Below the pieces are notes generated by a model. The model did not search any database. It was not told the origin of the DNA and saw only the letters and a program-made list of their open reading frames with translations. Positions 45,508-54,207 of a DNA stretch of 64,000 bases are shown here, piece by piece (position 1 is the stretch's first letter; each line of letters begins with the position of its first letter). A program made the translations under genes and the position numbers. This stretch comes from an uncultured Actinomycetota bacterium (GTDB lineage: Bacteria > Actinomycetota > Actinomycetes > Mycobacteriales > Mycobacteriaceae): the NCBI GenBank assembly GCA_963777885.1, contig CAVZSJ010000005.1:118713-182712 (forward strand), written 5' to 3'.

Positions 45508-47415
45508 GTGCCCGAGACGCCTTATCTGACCATCCATCTCGGTCGGGTGCGCGAGAACTACCACGCCTTGCACGCCGCACTGCCCGATGCGCGGATCCGC
45601 TACGCGGTCAAGGCGAATCCGGCCGAACCCATCCTGCGTCTGCTGGCGGCCGAGGGCGCGGCCTTCGACGTCGCCTCGATAGGTGAGATCGACGCATGCA
45701 CCGCCGCCGCGATCGACGGCCACCTTCTGACCTTCGGCAACACGCTCAAGAAGCCGGCGGACATCGCTCGAGCGTTCTCGATCGGGGTGCGTCGGTTCAC
45801 CTTTGACACGCACGACGGTGCGACAACCATCGCCGAGCATGCCCCCGGGTCAAGCGTGGAATGCCGTATCGCACCGGCGTTTCCGTCGTCGGTAACCCCG
45901 TTCGGCCACAAGTTCGGTTGCGCTCCGACCGAGGCCGTCGACCTGCTTGACTATGCCCGGTCGCTGGGCCTTCGGCCGGAAGGGGTGTGCTTCCATGTCG
46001 GCTCCCAACAGCTCGACCCCGCCGCATGGGAGATCGGAATACATTGTGCTGAAACGGTCTTCGCCGCCCTGAGCGATCTCACCACCCTCAACGTCGGCGG
46101 CGGCTTCCCCATCGCATACGCGACCGGCGCGCCGGAGCTCGGCCTGGTGACCGACTCCATCATGACCGCGCTGGACCGCCATTTCGGTTCGAGCCCGCCA
46201 CAACTCGTGGTGGAACCCGGACGGGCGATCGTCGGCTCGGCAGGCGCTATCCACTGCGAGGTGGTGTCGGCGCGCGCCGGTACCGATGGGCGGCGCTGGG
46301 TGTACCTCGACATCGGTCGCTACGGCGGCCTCGCCGAAACCGAGAACGAGTACATCCGCTACCGGTTGCGGACCGACCGCGACGACGACCCCGTCGACGA
46401 TGCCGTGATCGCGGGCCCGACCTGCGACGGCGACGACGTGCTCTACCAAAGCTATCCGCTTCCTGGCACGCTGCGGGCAGGAGACCGGGTCGAGATCGCG
46501 GACGCCGGCGCCTACACCGCAAGCTATGCTTCCGTATCGTTCAATGGATTTGCGCCCTTGCCAACGTATTTCGCGGGCAGCATCGCGCGGGACATCGTCG
46601 AGCCGCTGGCTCCCGGACTCACCCGCACCTGGCGGCTGTCGGAAGTCATCTGCGATGTGCGCACCGAATTCCAGCATGTGGTGATCGGCCGCACCGAACA
46701 GGGGGCCGCGTTGTTCTGCGACGGAGAGCGGCAGAGCACCGAGTTCAGCCAGCTCGTTTACCACGAGGCGCTGCTGGTGCCGGCGTTGTTGCTGGCAGGC
46801 AAGATCGAGCGCGTGCTCGTCATCGGGTCCGGCGAGGGGGTGGTCAGCCAGATGGCGGTCGCCGCCGGCGCCACGCATGTCGACCACGTCGACATCGACC
46901 GCGAGGCGGTGAGACTGTGCGCGCAGCATCTGCCGTACGGTTACGCGATAGACGAATTGCTCAGCGCGGAAAAAGGACTCGGCCCGATCACGGTGCACTA
47001 CCGCGACGGCTGGAGCTTCGTAGCCGAATCGAGCACGTCGTACGACGTCGTCGTCGTCGATCTGCCCGACGAGCGAACCGAACCCGTGCAGCACAATCGG
47101 TTGTACGAGGCCGGCTTCCTCAGAGCCTGCCGAGACACCGGTCGAGTGGTGGCCTTTCAGGCTGGGTGCCCGACCCTGTGGCGCAACGACTCGCTGCGGT
47201 ACTCGTGGCGTCGGTTTCACGAAACCTTTGACACGGTCGTGTATTTCGGCAGCGACGAACACGAATGGGCGTTTCTGTCGGGACTGGGCCACGCTGTGCC
47301 GGACCCCGTGGCGGCCATGTCCGCCCGCTTGCCGACCCTGCCCTACCAGCCTCGGACCATCGACACCGACTCGCTGATCGCGTCCACCATTGCGCCGAAA
47401 ACGCTCAGATCTTGA
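45508..47415 (+). CDS. Fusion of fold-type III PLP ornithine/lysine decarboxylase and spermidine-synthase-like aminopropyltransferase
   Basis: N: YAVKAN(K), FDVAS, HVGSQ, NVGGGF, EPGR, GPTCDG, GAYT..FNGF. C (from about 46590): EFQHV, DGERQST, YHE, VLVIGSGEG, VDID, DG, VVVDLPD. One uninterrupted 635-aa frame. Confidence 0.9.
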   Translation: MPETPYLTIHLGRVRENYHALHAALPDARIRYAVKANPAEPILRLLAAEGAAFDVASIGEIDACTAAAIDGHLLTFGNTLKKPADIARAFSIGVRRFTFDTHDGATTIAEHAPGSSVECRIAPAFPSSVTPFGHKFGCAPTEAVDLLDYARSLGLRPEGVCFHVGSQQLDPAAWEIGIHCAETVFAALSDLTTLNVGGGFPIAYATGAPELGLVTDSIMTALDRHFGSSPPQLVVEPGRAIVGSAGAIHCEVVSARAGTDGRRWVYLDIGRYGGLAETENEYIRYRLRTDRDDDPVDDAVIAGPTCDGDDVLYQSYPLPGTLRAGDRVEIADAGAYTASYASVSFNGFAPLPTYFAGSIARDIVEPLAPGLTRTWRLSEVICDVRTEFQHVVIGRTEQGAALFCDGERQSTEFSQLVYHEALLVPALLLAGKIERVLVIGSGEGVVSQMAVAAGATHVDHVDIDREAVRLCAQHLPYGYAIDELLSAEKGLGPITVHYRDGWSFVAESSTSYDVVVVDLPDERTEPVQHNRLYEAGFLRACRDTGRVVAFQAGCPTLWRNDSLRYSWRRFHETFDTVVYFGSDEHEWAFLSGLGHAVPDPVAAMSARLPTLPYQPRTIDTDSLIASTIAPKTLRS

Positions 47416-49363
47416 TCGACGGCAGCAGCCTGGTCAGGTTCCAGAGTCGGTTGCGCCGCGCGGATAGCGATGAGATCGCCAGTGCGACAGCCAATATGCC
47501 CAATAGTGTGATGATCGCCTGCCACAGCCGGTAGTCGATGCCGCCCAGAATCAACTGCCGAAGTCCGTTGACCCCGTATGACATCGGGTCAAAGCGATGC
47601 AAGATTTGGAACGGTTTCGAGGTGGTTTCTACGGGGTACATGCCGCCGGCGCTAACCAGCTGCAGCATGAGTAGAGCCATGATCAGCACCCGACCCACCG
47701 CTGGGCCGACGACGGCGTTGATCGCCTGGGTCGCGGCGACGAAGGCCAAGGAAACCAACACCATGAACGCCAGCATCGCGAACGGATGGACGGCGTGCAT
47801 CCCGAGCGCGAACCGCACGACACAGTAGAGGATGATCGCCTGGAACATCGCGATCGACGCCGCGGGCAGGTAGCTGGCGAGTACTACCCGGATCGACATC
47901 ACCTCAGCGGCGATCGCGCGGTTTTGCAAGGGACGCAACACCATCCACAGCACCAGCGCGCCGAAGAACAGAGCCAGCGTGAGGAAGAACGGCGCCATGC
48001 CGGTGCCGAAGTTGGGCGCGCCGTTTTTGTGGGTGGCCTGCAGATCAACCGGACCGCCGATGGTGTTGGCGATCGCGTCCTTCTGCTGGCTGGTCCAGTT
48101 GGGCACCTGGTTGGCGCCCTCGGCGAGTTTGCCGGCCAGTTCTGCCGCACCCGCCCGCAGTTGCCCGGTTCCCGAGTGCAGCTGTTGTGCGCCGTCGTCG
48201 AGTTTGGCTATGCCGGTTGCCAGTTCAGCGTTACCGGTGGCGAGCTGCTGAGCCCCGTTGCGCAGCTGATTCAGCTTGTTGGTGAGGTCAGAGCCTCGGC
48301 CGCCGACTCGGTCCAAGGCGGCTGTCAAGGGGCTCCCGGATGCGCGCAGCGACTGGGTCATCGAGATCGCGGCGCTTTCCGCGTCGGTCAGCTGCTGGCG
48401 GATCTGCGGCGTGAACTGGTGGCCCCGCAGCTGGTCCTGTATACCCCGCAGCGCCCCCGCGGCATTGCCGGCTGCTGGATCTGGGCTACCGGAGAGCTGA
48501 TCAATGACCGACGAGAGCGAGTTAGCGGCGGCGTCCTGCGCCGTGGCGATGGTGCCGATCTGGTCGGTGGCCTGCTGCAGGGCGGTGGTGCCCTGTTGCA
48601 ATCGCGCTGTGTCGCCGCCGATTTGGGCCAGCGCCTTGCTCACCGCCAGCAGTGGGTCGGTGGCTTCGTTGATCCCGTCGGACAGCTGCTTGGCGCCGGT
48701 GGCAAGCTGTGCCGAACCGGACCGTGCGGTATCGAGACCGGCCGCGAGCTGGCCGGCGCCGTCATCGACCTGGGCCGCCCCGTCGGCGAGCTGTTTTGCC
48801 CCGTCGGCGGCCTGCTTGATTCCGGTGCCGGACGTGACGACCACGGATAGCACGTGGTTGACCGCCTGCCCGGAGATGCGGGAGGACACGGCGTTGAGCA
48901 CCTGGTCGGTGGCAGTGCGGCCAATGCTGGACGAGATGTAGTTGTTGGCGTCGTTGTAGACCGCGATCAGATTGGCTTTCCGCGGTTGCCCGGTCAGGGG
49001 CGATGCGATCGCTTCACTGAAGTCCGGCGGCAACTCGAGCATGAAGTAGTACTGGCCGTGGTCGACTCCGCTGCGCGCCTGGTCGAGGTTCACGACATGC
49101 CAGTCCATGCCGCCGTCGGCGGTCAGGCTCTTGGCGATTTCTGACCCGACGTTCAGCTGCTGCCCGGAGACGACGGCGCCACGGTCGGCATTGACCAGCG
49201 CCACGGGCATCTTGTTCACGTGGCCGAAGGGATCCCAGTACGCCCACAGGTAGAGCGCTCCGTAGACCAGGGGGAGCAGCATCAGCACCACAATGGCTGC
49301 CCGCGTCATCCGGCTGCGGCCGAAACGTTTGATCTCCGAACCGAATGCCAGTCCAGCCAGCAT
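47405..49363 (-). CDS. YhgE/Pip family membrane protein
   Basis: PLVYGALYLWAYWDPFG..PVALVNAD, GAxQLAxG heptad repeats, NFGTGMAPFF, LQLVSAGGMYPVE, PMSYGV. Confidence 0.9.
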   Translation of the reverse strand: MLAGLAFGSEIKRFGRSRMTRAAIVVLMLLPLVYGALYLWAYWDPFGHVNKMPVALVNADRGAVVSGQQLNVGSEIAKSLTADGGMDWHVVNLDQARSGVDHGQYYFMLELPPDFSEAIASPLTGQPRKANLIAVYNDANNYISSSIGRTATDQVLNAVSSRISGQAVNHVLSVVVTSGTGIKQAADGAKQLADGAAQVDDGAGQLAAGLDTARSGSAQLATGAKQLSDGINEATDPLLAVSKALAQIGGDTARLQQGTTALQQATDQIGTIATAQDAAANSLSSVIDQLSGSPDPAAGNAAGALRGIQDQLRGHQFTPQIRQQLTDAESAAISMTQSLRASGSPLTAALDRVGGRGSDLTNKLNQLRNGAQQLATGNAELATGIAKLDDGAQQLHSGTGQLRAGAAELAGKLAEGANQVPNWTSQQKDAIANTIGGPVDLQATHKNGAPNFGTGMAPFFLTLALFFGALVLWMVLRPLQNRAIAAEVMSIRVVLASYLPAASIAMFQAIILYCVVRFALGMHAVHPFAMLAFMVLVSLAFVAATQAINAVVGPAVGRVLIMALLMLQLVSAGGMYPVETTSKPFQILHRFDPMSYGVNGLRQLILGGIDYRLWQAIITLLGILAVALAISSLSARRNRLWNLTRLLPSIKI

Positions 49364-49365
49364 CG

Positions 49366-50034
49366 TTAGCCCCCTTCGGTCAGGATGCGGTGATCGTGTA
49401 GGTCGTGATCGGGGGCGTTGGTTCCGAGCGGATTGGTGACCCCGACGACGACGGTGCGCTGCTCCGCGATCGCACCGAGCCGTTCGACTGCGACCGCCCG
49501 ACGGTCGTTGTCGCGAACTTGCTCGAGATCGCCGACCACCAGGATCGGTCGGTCCGAAAACAGCGCGAGCGTGATGCGCAGCAGGAACAGTTCCAGATCG
49601 GAAAGCTCGACGATGTAAGCCTTTGGCGCAGGCGGGGGAATGTCACCGAAGACTTGTGCCAGCTGGGCCGCACCGGGTTCGTCCGGCACCCGCGAATACC
49701 AGGGCGCCAACCATTGGCGTTGCTCGGCCAGCACAGTCTGAACGGTGACCATCTCCTCGAGCTCATCGATGTCGGCGAACGCCGCGATCGAGCAGTGCCG
49801 GCGGATGGCACGTGGTTCGGTGTCGCCCAGTACGGTCACCGTTCCGCGGGTGGGTTTGAGTCGGCCCGCCAGCGTTAAGAGCAACGTGTGCTGTTCCGGG
49901 CCGCCGGGCATCCGAATGGCGTGAAACCCAGCCGCGAGCTCGAGGTCGATGCCCGAGAACAGCGGTCCGTGTTCGCCGTCCAGACCTAACCCGGCCGCGG
50001 TGATCACGACCGGTATGTCCTGTGGGTCGTCCAT
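49366..50034 (-). CDS. Degenerate ABC ATPase-like protein
   Basis: ABC layout (GPLFSGIDL, LAGRLKPTRGTVTVLG) but Walker A = PGGPEQHT, signature = LSDLE, Walker B = ILVVGD. Confidence 0.75.
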   Translation of the reverse strand: MDDPQDIPVVITAAGLGLDGEHGPLFSGIDLELAAGFHAIRMPGGPEQHTLLLTLAGRLKPTRGTVTVLGDTEPRAIRRHCSIAAFADIDELEEMVTVQTVLAEQRQWLAPWYSRVPDEPGAAQLAQVFGDIPPPAPKAYIVELSDLELFLLRITLALFSDRPILVVGDLEQVRDNDRRAVAVERLGAIAEQRTVVVGVTNPLGTNAPDHDLHDHRILTEGG

Positions 50035-50041
50035 CTCGCCG

Positions 50042-50509
50042 CTACAGAATCGCGACCGCCACGACGATGCCCAGTGCGAACTGCGCCGCCGCGACCATCA
50101 GCGACTCGTAATTGAACTCGTCACTCTGGAACAGCGCGTCCATGTCGATGCCGATGACCAACGTGGCGAATCGCATCATCACCACCTGCGCGATAATTCC
50201 GACGAGCCCGAAAATCGCTGAGCCGACGAGCCCTTCGACCAGCTTTCCCGACGACGCGTAGATCGCCAGCACCACGATGAACGCCATGCTGACCATGCCC
50301 GCGGCGGCAACGACGATCGCGTTCGGCTTTCCGGCGTCGACCATCCTGCGCAACGGCCCCGGCGTGGTGAGGTCGATGGCGTAGAACCCGATCATCATCA
50401 GCACCAACCCGACGATGGCGTACAGGACGATGGCACCGACCCCGCGGGCGAGCACGTTCCAGTATCCCGCATCCCAATAGCCTGACAGGGCAACGCTGGT
50501 TGTTGTCAT
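50042..50509 (-). CDS. DUF350 (YjfL-like) membrane protein
   Basis: About 4 TM; IDLTTPGPL..G.PNA.VVAAA and AAAQFALGIVVAVAI; position beside GspS-like gene as in yjfL-yjfC. Confidence 0.75.
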   Translation of the reverse strand: MTTTSVALSGYWDAGYWNVLARGVGAIVLYAIVGLVLMMIGFYAIDLTTPGPLRRMVDAGKPNAIVVAAAGMVSMAFIVVLAIYASSGKLVEGLVGSAIFGLVGIIAQVVMMRFATLVIGIDMDALFQSDEFNYESLMVAAAQFALGIVVAVAIL

Positions 50510-50540
50510 CGATGATCAACTCCATTCAATTTCATTGGGT

Positions 50541-51719
50541 TCACGAGGATCCTTCTTTCAAAGGGATCCGGTGCGGGACAAAAGCTGCGCCGTCATCGGT
50601 CACCAGTCCGCCGGTCTCGCGGATACCAAGACCCGCCGACGAATCCCCGACGACCCATGCGCCCAGCGCGGGCCGCATGTCGTCGAATTGTGGCAACGGG
50701 TCCAACAATTGGTAGACGAAACCTTCCTCGCCGTAGACGCCGCCCGTCGCGGTGTCCATGCCGGCGCCGACGATGGTGATGTTGGCGCCCTCACGGCCGA
50801 GCTTGGGCTTGCGGACGTATTCGGTGAGCTCGTGCGGATCGTCGAGGTAGGCGGGCAGCAGGTTCGGGTGGCCGGGATACATCTCCCAGAGCACGGCCAG
50901 AATTGCCTTGTTGGACAACAACGTCTTCCACAGCGGTTCGATCCACATCGTCTGCGGCAGGCCCGACACCACATTTTTGCCGAACTCGTCTTCGAGCATC
51001 CATTCCCACGGGTGCAGCTTGAAGATGGTGTCGATCTGCGCCTCTTCCAGGTCGACGAACCGCTTCAGGGCGCTATCCCAACCGATGTCCTCGATCATCA
51101 AGCCGACGGTGTTGAAGCCCGCCTCCGCCGCGGTCTCCTGCAGGTAGGTCGTGGTGATCTGGTCCTCGCCAGTGGCTTCCACGCCGGACCAGCTGAAGTG
51201 TAATTCGTTGCTGGGCAGCAGATCACGAACCACCTTCCAACGGTCGACCAGTTGCTCGTGCAGCGAGTTCCACTGGTCGTCGTTGGGGAACTTGTCTTTG
51301 AGCCAGTACCACTGCAGGATCGCCGCCTCGAGCAGCGTCGTGGGTGTGTCCGCGTTGTACTCCAGCAGCACCGCCGGCCGGCGCCCGTCATAGCGCAAGT
51401 CGAATCGTCCGTACACGTGCGGATCGGAACGACGCCATGATTCGGCGATCGGTTGCCAACTCCATTCCGGCAGACCGAAATCTGCGTACCGCTCCATCAG
51501 TACCACCTGCTCGACGGCGTTCAGGCACATCGAATGCAGCAGCTCGACGTCGGCTTCCAGCGCCAGGATCTCGTCCATGTCGAACTCGTAGTACACCGAC
51601 TCGTCCCAGTACGGCCGGGCCGCGCCCCGCGCGTCACGCGCAGGTGTCCCGTACACCATGCCTTGGGATTCGACGATCGACCGCCAATTCGGTCGAGGCT
51701 GCGTCCTGAGCCGCTTCAC
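50541..51719 (-). CDS. Glutathionylspermidine synthase-like ATP-grasp ligase (YgiC/YjfC type, no amidase domain)
   Basis: YWDES.YY, YGRFDL, LLEYNADTPTTLLEA, QWNSLHE, FKLHPWEW, EPLWK..LSNKAIL, KP.LGREGANI, GLGIRE..T...F.PH. Confidence 0.93.
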   Translation of the reverse strand: MKRLRTQPRPNWRSIVESQGMVYGTPARDARGAARPYWDESVYYEFDMDEILALEADVELLHSMCLNAVEQVVLMERYADFGLPEWSWQPIAESWRRSDPHVYGRFDLRYDGRRPAVLLEYNADTPTTLLEAAILQWYWLKDKFPNDDQWNSLHEQLVDRWKVVRDLLPSNELHFSWSGVEATGEDQITTTYLQETAAEAGFNTVGLMIEDIGWDSALKRFVDLEEAQIDTIFKLHPWEWMLEDEFGKNVVSGLPQTMWIEPLWKTLLSNKAILAVLWEMYPGHPNLLPAYLDDPHELTEYVRKPKLGREGANITIVGAGMDTATGGVYGEEGFVYQLLDPLPQFDDMRPALGAWVVGDSSAGLGIRETGGLVTDDGAAFVPHRIPLKEGSS

Positions 51720-52417
51720 GAGCCCCCGCCCTTGCCGCCACTGAGCTTGCCGCCCAGCCCGCCGCGCTGAATGGTCGTGCCCGACCTCGTTTTAACGGTC
51801 GAGCCGCTGGGAGCCGATATCGAACCACCGATCGGTCGTTGACCGATTGATCCCGAGCTGCCGTAGTAGTACCGGTACTGATGTCCGCCGTAGAAGAAGA
51901 AGCCGTTGAGGCCCGCGGTGTGATTGGTGCAGTAGTCGTCCGGGACGATCACCGGTTGACCGTTGGTGTCGTCCCGGACGCATTGGGCAGTGACGGTGGG
52001 TCCTGAAAACGCCCAATACCCTAGGCCCGCAACCACGCCCACCACTCCGATGCCGACCCCGGCGCCGATCAGTCTGCGATTTCGCTTGTGCCGCTTGGCT
52101 TCCGCTTCGAGTCGCGCCTCTTCGTCCTCGCGCTGCTTTTTGGCGAACTTCTCCCGCGCGCGTAACTCGGCGGGTGTCGGCGCGCGTGGACGTGTCGTTT
52201 CCGCATCCTGAAACTCAACGCTGCCGCCCGACGGGTACGGCTTGGATTGCGTCGGTTCTTCCTGCTCCGACCAGGCCACTGGCGATTCGGGTTCGGCTTG
52301 ATGTTGGTCCGAATGGCGCCCGACCGATTCGGTCTTGTCTGCGTCGGTCTTGTCTGCGTCGGACTTGTCGCCTTGGGGCTCGCCGCTTTCCGGTGGTTTG
52401 TCTTCATCCGAACCCAT
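51716..52417 (-). CDS. YgiB/DUF1190-like single-pass membrane protein with Gly-rich C-terminus
   Basis: Acidic disordered N-terminus, KRHKRNRR + TM, C-x16-C (..PDDYC), Tyr/Gly-rich segment, ends TIQRGGLGGKLSGGKGGGS; GTGA overlap with the ligase gene; GGAGG RBS. Confidence 0.7.
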   Translation of the reverse strand: MGSDEDKPPESGEPQGDKSDADKTDADKTESVGRHSDQHQAEPESPVAWSEQEEPTQSKPYPSGGSVEFQDAETTRPRAPTPAELRAREKFAKKQREDEEARLEAEAKRHKRNRRLIGAGVGIGVVGVVAGLGYWAFSGPTVTAQCVRDDTNGQPVIVPDDYCTNHTAGLNGFFFYGGHQYRYYYGSSGSIGQRPIGGSISAPSGSTVKTRSGTTIQRGGLGGKLSGGKGGGS

Positions 52418-52535
52418 CAGCGGTCCTCCCCTCCGCTCGACCCGCCGGTCACGATGACGCGGCGGGCGTCAGGCCGGAACATGGGCACGCGGGCAGTTTT
52501 CCACATCGCAGCAGCGTACGACGCTAGATGCGGGG

Positions 52536-53354
52536 CTAGACGGGCCACCAGCGTTCCAATACCCGCGCGACGCCGTCCTCGGTGTTCGAGCTGGTGACTT
52601 CGTTGGCGGCGGCCACCGCCTCGGGATGGGCGTTACCCATCGCGACGCCGTGACCTGCGCGCAGCAGCATCGGCACGTCGTTGGGCATGTCGCCGAAGGC
52701 CACCACCTCGCCGTCGCCGATCCCCAGCGGCCGGGCGATCTCCTCGACACCGGTCGCCTTGCTGATTCCCAGCGGCAGGATCTCCACCAGCCCGTTGTTG
52801 GTGGAGTAGGTGATGTCGCCCTCGAGCCCGACATGCTTGGCCAGCTCAGCGGCCATATCCGCGCTGCGCGCGCCGGCTTTGCGGATCAGCAACTTGATGG
52901 CCGGCGCGCTGAGCAGGTCTTCGATCGACACCTCGGTGTTGTCCGGGTTGAGCCACGCGTGCTCGTAGCCGGGCGAGCTGACGAATTGCGGGGTGGCCGC
53001 GTCATGGGCGCTGTTGCCGATCCGCTCGACGGCCAGGCCCGCGCCTGGGATCGCGCGACTCGCGATCTCGGCCAACTCGCCCAGCAGATCGACGGACAGC
53101 GTGCGCGCCGCCAGCACCCGATCGGTCGCAGGATCATAGATCACCGCACCATTGGCGCAGGCCGCCATCGGCGCGAAGCCGAGCGCCTCGACGACGGGGT
53201 GTACCCAGCGCGGTGGCCGCCCGGTCGCCAGGATGAAGTGCGCACCTGCGGCGACGGCAGCGCGCACGGCTTCGCGGGTGCGCGGGGTGATGGTCTCGTC
53301 GTCGTCGAACAACGTGCCGTCGACATCGCAGGCGATGAGGGCCGGCGCCGTCAT
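52536..53354 (-). CDS. Cof-type HAD hydrolase (Rv3813c ortholog)
   Basis: ACDVDGT, ATGRP, KATG, FGDMPND. Confidence 0.93.
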   Translation of the reverse strand: MTAPALIACDVDGTLFDDDETITPRTREAVRAAVAAGAHFILATGRPPRWVHPVVEALGFAPMAACANGAVIYDPATDRVLAARTLSVDLLGELAEIASRAIPGAGLAVERIGNSAHDAATPQFVSSPGYEHAWLNPDNTEVSIEDLLSAPAIKLLIRKAGARSADMAAELAKHVGLEGDITYSTNNGLVEILPLGISKATGVEEIARPLGIGDGEVVAFGDMPNDVPMLLRAGHGVAMGNAHPEAVAAANEVTSSNTEDGVARVLERWWPV

Positions 53355-53403
53355 GTGGTGGTCATATTTTTTTGGATGTCATTCTGCAGATGTCACCCGA
53401 TCG

Positions 53404-54189
53404 TCAGTGCGTTCCACTTTGGTCTTGCCCCGGCCGCGTCACGCCATCGTGTCCATACTTTCGTGCCCGCTCCTGCAGTTCGGCCAGACGGATCGCCCTC
53501 GAGTCGTCCTGGTTCGGCGCGCTGCCACCCAGCCGCCGGGGCACCCAGAACTCCCCCTCGGGATGCGGGTATTCCTGCTGCACTTTGTACAGCAACCCAG
53601 TCATCGCGTTGCGCAGCGCGACGTTGAGCTGCTCGGGCGTGCCCTGCGGCGCGAGCGGACGCCCGATCGCCACGGTGACCGGAACCTTGTTGCGGAACAC
53701 CTTTTTCGGATGGTCTTTGGGCCAGATCCGGTGTGCCCCCCAGACGATCGTCGGGATGATCGGCACCCGCGCGGCCAGCGCCATCCGCGCCGCGCCGGTC
53801 TTGAACTCCCTGAGTTCGAAACTGCGGCTGATGGTGGCCTCGGGGTGTACCCCGATGAGTTCTCCCTCGCGCAGACGCTGCACGGCCACGTCGAAAGCAT
53901 CCTGTCCCCTGGTGCGGTCGACGGGAATCAGCCGGGCGTGCTTGATCACGTAGTTGGCCGCTTTCACGTCCGCCATTTCGGCCTTGATCATGAAATACAT
54001 GCGCCGGCCCCGCTCCCGCACGGCGAATAACGGTGGCAGCCAGTCCAGGTAGCTGGTGTGGTTCTGCGCGAGAATGGCAGGACCCCGCGCGGGAATGTAC
54101 TCCAGCCCCTGGAACGTGAACGTGGTTCCGTTCATCGCGACCATCGGCGGAACGATCCACTCCCCCAGACGGTAAAACGGCTCTGCCAT
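53404..54189 (-). CDS. PlsC-like acyltransferase (Rv3814c ortholog)
   Basis: NHTSYLD, HPEATISR, KTGAAR. Confidence 0.92.
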   Translation of the reverse strand: MAEPFYRLGEWIVPPMVAMNGTTFTFQGLEYIPARGPAILAQNHTSYLDWLPPLFAVRERGRRMYFMIKAEMADVKAANYVIKHARLIPVDRTRGQDAFDVAVQRLREGELIGVHPEATISRSFELREFKTGAARMALAARVPIIPTIVWGAHRIWPKDHPKKVFRNKVPVTVAIGRPLAPQGTPEQLNVALRNAMTGLLYKVQQEYPHPEGEFWVPRRLGGSAPNQDDSRAIRLAELQERARKYGHDGVTRPGQDQSGTH

Positions 54190-54207
54190 GTGCTGTTCCT
54201 CCTCTCG

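Noticed and set aside
52040..52110. Tat signal in the YgiB-like protein (RNRRLIG)
   Set aside because: Poor RRxFL match and far from the N-terminus; better explained as a positive-inside cluster.
45482..52530. CATCTAGC / GCTAGATG inverted 8-mers flanking the polyamine block
   Set aside because: Short, include stop-codon context, no direct repeat or recombinase; consistent with chance.
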